DNA of 64,000 bases. It comes from a virus. The translations under genes were made by a program, and so were the position numbers. The notes below the pieces were generated by a model. It ran no database searches. It was not told where the DNA came from and saw nothing but the letters and a program-made list of their open reading frames with translations. Positions 30,082-42,000 of this stretch are shown here, piece by piece (position 1 is the stretch's first letter; each line of letters begins with the position of its first letter). Location: the IMG/VR virus record IMGVR_UViG_3300020419_000005; one strand, given 5' to 3'.

Positions 30082-33000
30082 TTAGTCGTCGTCAAAGATT
30101 TGTGTAGGTGTGAAGGAACTAAGTGTTGTAGCACCGATGTTAACGGTGAGAACAGCAGAAGTTGATAGAACAGGAACCGCACCATTAGATGTGATACCAA
30201 CACGGAATTCATCATTTGTATCTGCTTGTGTAGTAGCATCAGTTGTGAATGTAGAACTGGTTGCTCCAGTAATATTATTCCAACTTGTTGTTCCGTAATC
30301 TTTCTTCTGCCATTGATATGATAGAGTTCCGTTATTAACATTGATTGCTGAACCCATATATTGATGAGCACCACATACGTAATTAAGGGTAGCAGGAGCA
30401 TCAGCAGCAACCGTGATACTAACACTACGTGTTGTAGCAGCATTAAATCCTGATGCGTAGGTTGCGTAATCTGCAACTTGATTACCGTTAAGACGATATA
30501 CAACACCTGTTTCATATCTACTATTTCCACCGTAAGCAGTTGCATCTTCACTAAAGTAAAGTGCGTGAGTAGAATTACTAATATCATTTTGATTAAACTG
30601 ATATGTTGCTCCACGTACAAATGTAAGAGTTGGTGCTTCAGCATTTGAAGTAAATTGACCACCAGTAAAGTTGTATCCTTTTCCAGATCCTTGATTATAG
30701 TAAGGATGAGATACAGACTTATCAGCAACTGTAATTGCATATGCAACAAGATTAGATATTGTAACTGTTGCAGCAACTTGGAATGTAGCAGTTTGACCTT
30801 GGTTAACAGTAATATTTCTAGGTGCTTCAGTGATTGTTATAAAGTTCTCAATAACTCCAGTACCACCTGATGTAGGAATGAAGTTAGGATCGTAAATATC
30901 AAGACCACCATTTAATGCAGGTCCTGTAGGTCCTAAGTAATCATCTGCAACAGTTGTGTTTGCGTTAATTGTAGGTAGTGTATATCCTTGACCTGCATTT
31001 TTAACATCAATTCTGGCAACACCGATAAGTGCTTTAATACGTCCACCAAATCCTGTTGAAGATATAACATCAACTTGAGGTCTTGTACTATAACCATCAC
31101 CAGAGTTTGTTAATATTGCGTTAGTAATACGTCCTTTCTCAATAGTTGCAAGTGCCTGTGCATTACGTCCTTTAACAGCACCACTATATTCAAATGTAAT
31201 AAGTGAGTTAGAAGATTCAATAAGAGCAACAGTTCTAGTTTCTTCCTCACCATCAATTACAAGTTCGTCACCTGCTTCAATAGGTGGTACAACTGTTGCT
31301 GCAATAACATCAACGTCAGAACCAACATAAGAGAATGCAACGAAGGTTGAACCTGCACGAGGAACTTCAGAGAATATAATTCTAGAACCAACAATCTCAA
31401 AACCAATTCCAGGTTCCTGTATAACACCATTTAACTGACATATAATATTGTTCTCAGGTAAGATTGTATTTGACTGTACACCATCAGTTAGAGTCAATGA
31501 GTAGAACACTCCATTTAACTTCAAGTTGAATGAGTTACGTAATGAATCAAAGTCGAATGATATATCATCTAATTGTCTTAACTTACCTTTATATACACCG
31601 TGGAATGTTGATCCTATAGCAGGTGCTTCAGTAAACTGAATGTTATCTGAGAATGCAGTAAATGCGTAGTCAGCACCAGGTGGTTGTAAGATACCATTTA
31701 CAAAGATCATCATATGTCCTGCGGGATCTGGGAAGTATTGTGTACCGTTTCCTTGAGTTAACTTGAATGACTTCTGTACACCATCAAATCCTCTAAAGAA
31801 TCTACGTACTCTACCTCTTAATGATCTAGCAGATGAACAAGCACCTTTGAAACTATTATCTCCAATAATCTGTGAGTTCTTCTGGAATGTTCCACTTGTT
31901 CCTTCTAAGTGTAATACTGCACGAGTACCAAACTGTGAAATCTTAGCAATCTTACCAAATGCAGTTGTATCTGTTATTGTGACTGCACCAATAGTTGTAT
32001 ATACAGATGGGAATAGAGTTCCAACTGGTACTTTTGCTAATTGATATTGTGTATTACTTCCAATATCAGATATTGTTACTCCTTCTGGAGTTCCAGTTTC
32101 ATTTGCAACAAATACGTAATTATTATTTGTATCAATTTCAGTAACTGTTACTGTCCAACCAATACTAATACCACCAGACTGAACCTGTAATACGTCACCA
32201 ACATTAAATGTATCACTAACTCCAGTATCAGTAATTAATGCAGAATATGTAAGTCTTGTAATTTGTCTACCGTGTACATATTCACCGAAGTTAGGTAATG
32301 TAACGAACGATTCAATCTCAATAATTTGATCAGTAACAGATCCATAGATAACGTCTTGGGGTTTAAACTCTCCAGTTACTGTGGAAATGTCGTAAGTGAT
32401 TCTACCACTCTGATTATCAATTAGAGCACCATTATTGTTTCTAACAATTAGAGCAGTTGCTTTAGATCCAGTTGCAGTAGAGAAGAATTTATCAGTTGCA
32501 ATAAACTCACCTTGACGGAAGTTAACAAGAACTCTATCGTGGTCACTAGCAAATGTACAAGTACCACCAGATGTAACACCTTCAATAGTATCACCTGGAG
32601 TAAATGTTCCATTGTAATCAATTAGTTTAATATATGTCTCGTTGTCAGTAGCAAGAACTTTACCAGTATTTGATGTAGCACCTTGAACAACAACCATCTC
32701 ACCATTCTGAATCTTGATTCCAGTTCCACCACCTTGTGCAGAGAATGTATTACAAGTCATATACTTCGCTTGATACATAATATCTGCTAGATTATCTTCC
32801 ATACGAACAATCTGAGCAGTTGCATTTGATGTACCACCGTAGATAACATCAGCAAGGTTAAATCCTGCTTTGATTGGTGTTGGTACATCACGTGTTCCAT
32901 AAGTTGTAGGTACACGATCTACACCTGGATCTACAGCAACAGCAAGTGTATGTAATTGTGATGCAAGACCTGGACTTAGAACTAATGGTTCACCATCAAT

Positions 33001-36000
33001 ATATTCTGTAAGAACTATCTTAGAAGATGTTGAATTTGGATGAATATAGTAAACTGTTCCATCAAGTTCTGGAATGTTAGATCCAAGAACAATATACTCA
33101 ACTCTGTCATATGGTTCAAAATTATTAGCAACATTAATAACTCCATCATAAACAGCAACACCTGCATCGAACTGTGTTCTTAGGTATGTTGTTGGGAATT
33201 GTGAGTATTGTAATGCAGTTAATATTAAATGGAATAATTGATGTAACTTATGAGATGCAGTTATAGTAGGACGTAATTCTCTATCAGGATTAGTTCCATC
33301 AAGTGAATAAAGAGGTTGGTTAGCATTTACACCAGGATCAGGTGCAGTTCCTAATAAGATATGATCCATCAACTCTTTAATCATTCTTGCGTGATAAAGA
33401 AGACGTGTTCTAAAGAGTGTTGGGTATGCTACAAAATTACCATCAGCATCAAACCAAGAGTTAACTAACTGTAAAGTTCTAGCATTACCGTTGGTAACAA
33501 AGTCATATACTATTGCATTTTGTATTGGAACAGCAAATGTAGCATCTCCTGCATATCCAGGATACTGAGTTAAAGTTTTTTCATATGATTCTAATTGAGT
33601 ATATGTGTCGTTATACTTTAACAATCTTGCAGATTGTTTATACATTTCTGTACCACTTCCAAGACCGTGAAGAAGAACTTTAAATAATACGTGTGCAGCA
33701 GATGTCACATCATAACAAGTTCCACCTTTATATACAGTGTTGGTAGTGACAGGTGCAGTTCTTGTTATAGTTGCAAGATGACTACCATTACCCGCAGCAG
33801 CAGTTTCAACAGTATTAATAAGTATCTCCCAAAGGGTATTAATCGCAGAACTTTGTGTGGTGCAGTTTCCACTACCTGCTGAATCGTAAGTTATAGAAAC
33901 ATCACGTCTAATAGCACGTTCACCTGTAAGCGGCCATTCAGTTGGTAATGTTCTTGTAATCCCAGTCATATATGCTGTAGGATTACTTGTATTACTACTA
34001 TCAAATAGATTGATAGGAATATTCATCAATGTTGTTATAGATGCTGCCTCGTTTACACAACGAACTCCACCACCACCAATAATGTATTTTATAGCATTGG
34101 TATTAGCACTTACAAATGCGTGTTGATGATTACCACCATATTCAACAGCACCAGAAACAGCACTTACAAATGTATGTGGATATTGTTCGCTTGTAGGTGC
34201 AGGGTTTACATTAACCTTAATACGTCCATCCTTAAATCTAACTCCATCAGTAGCACCAGATATAAATGTGTGAGTGTAATTTCCACCTGCACTGATTGCA
34301 TTTTGTGCAGCATTTACAAATGTATGAGTAGTTACGTTAGTAGATGGAGTTCTTCCAGATGCTAAAACATTAACTGTGATTGTTGTTTGACCAACTGCCT
34401 TAACTGTTAAAGGAACATCATATGCTCTATCTTTCTTCCAAGTAATATTGTTTGTACCAGAAGAAACATATGTGTGTGGTGTAGTATTTGTTGAAGGTAT
34501 TCCAGTAGATAATAAAACTTGAACTTTAAATGTGTTGAAGGTTACATCAGAAATTTCTAACCAAGAATCAGCAGCAGGGTCAGTAGCACGTGGATATGTA
34601 TGATTTGTTTGATTGTTATCTTGACCACAAGTAAATGTTAGAGAATCAGTTGCAATCTTAATTTGATCACCATTTACAAATCCGTGTTGAGGAACAGTCA
34701 ACTGCATCATACCTGTAGAAGGTTCATATACAGCACCAGTACTCTGATGTATTGTAGTTGTTGTTCTAGGATATGCGTGCTCAGTAGCATTACTATCTTC
34801 TGCACAAGTAAAGATCAATGAATTATCAGCAATCTTAATATGTGATCCAGGAACAAGACTATGATTACCGATTGTGATAACCATATCTCCTGTAGTAGGA
34901 CTGTACTGAACGTTAGATGGAGTATAATTTAAAGTATTTGTAGAACCAACGTTTACATCAAATGTATTTGTACTTACGTTACTGATTGTTAGATACTGGT
35001 TTGAAGCAGGATCACTAGGACGTGGATATGAATGAACACTATAATTGTTATCCATTGTACAAGTAAAGTTCAATGAATTATTAACAAGTCTTATCTGATC
35101 ACCATTACTAAATCCGTGCTGATTAACTGTAAGAGTCATAGCACCAGTAGTAGGTGAATATGTTGCTCCTGTTGCAGTAAATCCAGAATCACTTACTTCT
35201 AATACTTCTAGAGATTTACCACTAGCATAATCACTGGAACGAGGGTAAGAATGGTTAGTTGCATTACCATCTTTTGTACAAGTAAATGTAATTGCATTAT
35301 CAGGTAATTTAATGTGTCTACCAACATCAAGATTATTTGTACCAATATCTAAGAATAGATTTCCAGTTGCCTCTTCGTAAATTGCATTAGAAACATCGTG
35401 AGTTCCATTAGCAGTAGTTCCTACATTTACTGTAAATGTGTTAGTGGTTGTTGCTGTAATTGGTAGTAAAGCACCACTTGAAGGATCTAGAGAACGTGGA
35501 TATGTATGAGTAGTTGCATCATTATCAAAGTCGCAAGTAAATGTTAATGAATTAGGATTAATTTGAATACTATCACCTGTTGTTAATATGTGACCATTAA
35601 CAGTAAGTCTTAAGTTACCTGTGGTTGGGAAGTATTCTGCATTTGTTGGAGTTAAGTTACCTGTTTGTGTATTTGTTCCATCAATAGTAATACTTGAATC
35701 ATACTGAGCATATCCTTCTGTTACACCATTAATTGTAACAATTTGCTGCCTCATTATCTGTATTGCAATATCTCTTGCTTGCTCAAAGATATACTTAACT
35801 TCTGTTGCTTGATTACTAATATGCTGTATAGCATTTCCGACTGTAATGTAGAACTCACTTGAATACCACATACGGTTGTTACCACCGTGCTTTAAGTTGA
35901 ATACTAATGCTTCAAGTAAATCTACAACGTCATCAACACAAGACTGATAATTATAACCACCAGAGAATGCCAAACTAGCATACTGTGACATACCACGACC

Positions 36001-39000
36001 AACAGCAGTTGTAGCGATAAATCTTATATTATTTTCAATTTCATTTGCAGCATCATAGTAACCATTAGTTGTAGCATTATTATAATAATCAGGTCTCTGT
36101 ATTGCTTGTCCTAATCCACCTGTTGCTGTCTCACTCTCGTAGGGAGTAAACCCTAAACGGTTTCTGATGGTTAGGATTGACATATCTCTTGCTAACTTAA
36201 ACGCATAGATTGTCTCTTCAGATTGAGCACTTACGTGAGTTAACGCTAAGTCTGTATTTAAATATAATGCAGCAGCATCATAGGATTCACTGTTACCACC
36301 GAATCTTAAATCGTGTGCTACAGATTCAATAATATCAACAATATCATCTTCACAGTTGACCTTACCACCTGGAACTTTAAACTTCTTAGATTGTGCAAAA
36401 GATGTCTTAGTTAGAATATCAACTGCTTCACCTGCAATAGTCTTAGCATTTTGCTCTAAAAGATTAGCAGCGTCAAGATCTCTGTCAGATCCAGTATATG
36501 CTTTAGGATCTATTGTAATAGTATCGTCACGATAAACAGACTCATCTGTGTATAGCATCTGATAGTAATCAGAGAAATCGGCAGCAACTTGAGCAGGGTT
36601 TTCATTTCTACCAATCAATAAACCTTGTATTGCTTTTTGTGCCAACTTCTTAGCATATTCAATCGCATCAATCATTGCAAGCAATTCATCTTCAATATAG
36701 TTGATGTTAGTCTCATTATCGAGATAACTATCAATCATTGCTTGTGTTTCAAAGTTACCACCAGTGATCAAGTCACCTGCAATAGCAGGAAGTATATGAT
36801 CTCTAATATCTCTTACACATTTTGCTCTATTAGGTATTGTTAGTTTATTTACTGTTGAGAAACCAACTTGTACTTGATATTTGTTTTCAATATAAAATAC
36901 TGACTCATCAGCGATTGCTTTTCTATTAAAGTAAATTAAATCAGCACCATCTCTGAATCTATGACCTGTAGGTCCGATAACATCTAGTAGATCATCTACA
37001 AGAGTCATAATATCAGTTTGTATCTGTGAAGATGCAGGAGATGAGAAGTAATTAGGAACACGAACCTTATATGAATAAGTTCCATCTAATGTTGTTTCAT
37101 CTAATGTAATTACATCGATACAAAGTTTTGCAACTTCTCTCCAAGTATAGATTGACTGTAGTTGCTCACCACCAATATGTTGTAAAGAACCTGATCCTTC
37201 AATATAAGCACGACCAACAATAGTTGTTTGGAAGTTACCACCAGAAATTAAGTCATCAATAATAGCAGGTATGATGTATGCTTTTGTATCTCGTAAACAT
37301 ACATTAGAACCATACATTGATCCACCACCATCACCAGGAATTACAAAGTCTGGGTATCTTGCTCTTAAACGACCAACTGCTTCTTCAGCAATATAATCAA
37401 TATTCTTACGTATAACTTCAGCACATATTCTATATTCTTCACGACTAAGATCAACACCTTCAGTAGTAAGTTCAGAACGCCATAACTCAACTTCATCAGC
37501 AGTAGCAGTAGATATTATATGATCAACGTATGTTGCATATACTGCACTCTGTTCCATAGGGAATGGTGCTTCACCAAGAATTGCGAATGATATGTTTGTA
37601 CTACTTGTGAATACAATAGGGGGAGTAAAACTACTATTGTACTGGGAAATTCCTTTGCGAATAATAAGGTTATCAATCCAACCATTGAAAGGATTAGCAT
37701 TGTTCCATCCTGCACCAATAGTGATCTTACTATTTGCATTATAATTGTTTGTGTCAGTGTATGTACCCATCTGCTGACCATTTACAAACAGTTTAGTTAC
37801 ACTTGTAGAACGAGATACTGCAATATGATACCAGTTATTAATTGTAGTAATAGCAGAACTAACAGTAATTACATCACTTGCACCTATAGATAAACGAAGT
37901 GACTGACCAGACATTAATATGCCTAACTTAGTATCGGAAGATGACTCTCTAAGATCAATAAGTCTCTGTGTACCAGTAACAGAAGCAGGACGTATCCATA
38001 ACTCCATTGTATAATCACCAGTAGCAGCATCTGCTCCATCACCAAATAATACAGCGTCACTTGATGGGAAAGTAGCATAAGAACTTGTACCACTGAACTT
38101 CAATGAACCAGAATCAGTTTTAAATGTTAATTTATCTTGAGTTACATTCTGATATGTTAATTTAGAGTTGGTTATATACTCACCCTTTTGTAATACACCA
38201 CTAATCTGTTTAGAGAAGATCCATTTGTTACCTGCATTAGATCCAATAACATCATATGTTGCACCCGATGTAATTGCTTTTACAGTATCACCAAATACGA
38301 AGAATCCACCAGATGATTTATCTTGATAAGCGTGTTTAGCACAACGTAAAGTTTCTCCATCTACAAAAGCATAAGGAGGAAGAACACGAGGTACATTAGT
38401 AATAGACCACTGATATGTTGCAGGAGTGCCACCTGTAGGGTCCTCTAGAGTATCTGTAATGATTCTCATATAGGATGTTATAGCATTTGCCTGATTAACA
38501 CAACTATTAGTATATCCTGCTAATGCAGCAGAAGGTGCAGTCTCAGTTACTGCTGCTTGGAATGCTGCTACTGTTCCTGGAGATGCAGTTGATCCAAGAT
38601 TAGTAATCAGAATATTCATTAACGTGATAATTGCTGATTCTACAGTTGTTTCATCAGCGAGTTCTGTGCCAGTTACCTGATTCCAATTATGAGATCCTGC
38701 TTTAGTCCAAGAATCATTTTTCATTACTACAATAGCAATCTCTCTTGCCTTAGTAAAAGCATTTACAATGGTATCTCTATCACCAGATGTTACACCATAC
38801 TGTAGAGTTTTCTTAGTTGCTTTATATACAAAGTTATTACCACCGTGTGCCAAGTTATAAACCATTGCTTCAAGAACATCAACAATATCAGATAAGCAAT
38901 GAACATCTCCACCCGATACGTTATATCCTGGATTTTGTGTCTTAGCATAATGTAATGCTTCATATGCAATAAACCATTTGTTATTAAGAATTAGATCTCT

Positions 39001-42000
39001 TGCACCACTGTGACTAGCACTTATAACATCAAACTCTGCTGTAATAGTAGGATCTTTATATTGTGGTAAAGTGGTTGTATTTACACTGATAACTTCATTA
39101 CGGATACATTGTATTGCTAGATCACGTGCTTTATTAAATGCGTATATTGTTTGTGCTACCTCACCATCAACGTGATAGATTGCATTACCCTGTACATATG
39201 TACTAGCAGCATCCCAGATCTCTGAGTTACCATCAACTTCTAATTGATATGCAACTATGTTTAGAATATCTACAATATCATCTTCACAATCTCTGTCTCC
39301 ACCTAATGATGGGACTGTAAATGATGGATAAAATGCTTTCATCAATCCAACTGCTTCTTCAGCAATGAATCTAGCATTCTTTCTTATCAATACAGCAGCA
39401 TCAAATGAACGTTGATCGTCTACACCTACTAATGAAGCGTTATCATAGTAGATTTGTTTGTTACGTATTGAGTCACCTGCTGTAAATTGTGATCCTGACA
39501 AGTAATTATATCTAATTTCTTGGTTTCTTACCTCTTCAAAGTCTAAGAAGTCTTGGTTATTAGCAGTTCCTTCATTATATAATTCTTCTGGGTTAATAAC
39601 TGTCTCAGAAATGTTATCTAAGATAGTATTTGGATAGGTAATTGAAGGAACACGTTGGAATATAAGACCAAAGAATGATGATGGAGGTGATAAATCAACA
39701 GTATCAATGATTTGTTGAGATGTATCATCGGTATATGGTGCAATTACAGAGACTCTTGCAGCAATTTTAGATGCAGCAGAGTATATTGTGTCGTTAAATT
39801 TGATATTAAAGTCACCAGTTTCAAATTCAGAGGTACCAGATGTACGAGAAACCACTAATCTAGCATCTACAGTACCATCTCTAAGGTTATTTTCTTCAAT
39901 TATTGCAAAATCACCTGCCAAATTGGTTATTCTTTCACCTTGTTCGTAAATTGTCTTGCTAGTTAGACCATTTACAGCACTTAATACACCATCAAATCCA
40001 GTAGATGATGCTAAAACATTGTCATTTATTTGGAAAGTACCTGCTTGATCAATAATATCGATATAATCTACACCAGTATCAATAACAATAGCAGTTCCTT
40101 CATTCTGTAATGATCTTATAGGTTTTCCTGTTGTTGGGAAGATACCAGATGTTGAACTAAATGTGAATCTTGTTATATTAATTTGAGAGAATGTAAGATT
40201 TCTAAACTTAATTCTTGAAGGTGCTTTAGGTGGTTCAGAAAATACAACAGATGGACCAGATGTTGTAAATGCAGTTCCAGGTGACTGAGCAACACCATTA
40301 ATAAGAATCAATAATTGATCATCAGTTGCAGTTACAGAATCACCTTCTACTGTCAATGCAAATTGTGTCTTAACACCATTAAAATCATTGTCAATATTAT
40401 CAAGTTTTTTAACAATAGAAGTTAAAATTTCTTCAGAGTTAGTAAGTCTTCTTTGTCTGAATAGTACTTCAGTATTATTAAACTCTGTATATATTGGTTG
40501 TGAGTTAGCAAAAGATGTAATCTTATTAATATTAGTAGCACTAAAGATATTAACTTCTTTAACAAGATCAGATACAACTTTTCTTCCTGATATATCTTTA
40601 CCTGCTGCAAGTGATAATTCACCAAACATATTAAATCCAGTTGGGTGATTAGTTTCAAGAATACTCTTTCTCCATTCGTTAATAGGAGTTTGAGATTTAA
40701 TAACATATGAGAAGTTTTGGTAGAAATAAGAGTCTTGAATCTTCTGTACAATCTCTGATGGTTTACCAACGTCATCAATAAATTGACCAGTGGTAGTTGT
40801 CATTGAGTCAATATTCAATGTACCACGAGCAATAGATAAATTATCGATCAAACCAGATGCACGAGATACCTGTGCAGTTACACGTTCTCCAATAGTCCAA
40901 GTTCCAGTATAATTTTCTAATTTAAGTATTCTAGGTCCAATCTGCCAACCTTCATTTTCGGAAACATATCCTGTTGCAGTAGCAGTTTCTAGAGATGAAC
41001 CTTGATATACAAGTTCTCCTCTTAAGAAACGAGATGTTTCTACAATAGCAGTTGCTAAACCACCAAATACCTCAGTAAGAAGAATCTGACGACCATCACC
41101 CTGAGTCAAGAATGTTATAAAGTTACCAGACTCAGCATCAACTTGTGTCAATGCTATTCTAAGTTGATCTGCTTCAAGTGAATTTGCTTCACCTGCAATA
41201 GCATAGTAAGTAGTTGTAGAACTTAAACTGACCAAACCTGCTGAACTTGGTTTTGGTAGAATTCCAATAGTAGATCCTAAGTCTTCTGCTCTAAGTTGAA
41301 CAGCAGCACCAGTTGTAATACCGTGTGGGAAGTTAAATTGTAGATAACCTAAATCAAGGTTTACAACATAGTTAAATTCTGATTTAAGTGTTACAGATGG
41401 TTCAGAAGAATATCCAGATCCAGGATTCTTAATTATGATTTCATTAAGTCTATTATTTTTGATTATTGCTTCTGCTTCAGCACCTGATCCACCACCACCT
41501 TCAATAACAACTCTAGGAACTGATGTATAACCAGAACCAGGATTAGTGATCTTAATTTCTGATAAAAGAGCAGTATTGAATAGTTGTAAGTTAACTGGGA
41601 ATGTGATCTCAGGACGTAAGGTGTAATCGTGTGAATATCCGAAACCAAATTCATTATTCTTAAGTTTCTTAATCTTACCAATACTTGCACCTTGTAAAAA
41701 TACAGATGCACCAGATCCTTCATTAGGAATTACAACTTCTAAGTTACCACCAGAACCTTGTAATAAATTACCTAAAATTCCTGGAATTGTATCAATATCA
41801 ATAGATGCTGTTGTGTATCCTTTACCTGGAGATGTCAATACAACATTAGTAATAACACCAGTTAATTCACCATCATCTGAAACTGTAATATTACATAAAC
41901 CACCTTCACCGTCTCCTGCAATATTAACGTTATAATAGATGCCATTAATATATTCTGTACCACCAGATAAGATACGAATTTTCTCAATTTCTCTATCAGA

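Noticed and set aside
30051-30776. 241-aa alternative-frame ORF overlapping the gp7 3' end (possible frameshift product)
   Set aside because: Its Leu/Gln-rich composition is typical of off-frame reading, and I found no slippery site. Other nested minus-strand ORFs were rejected for the same reason.
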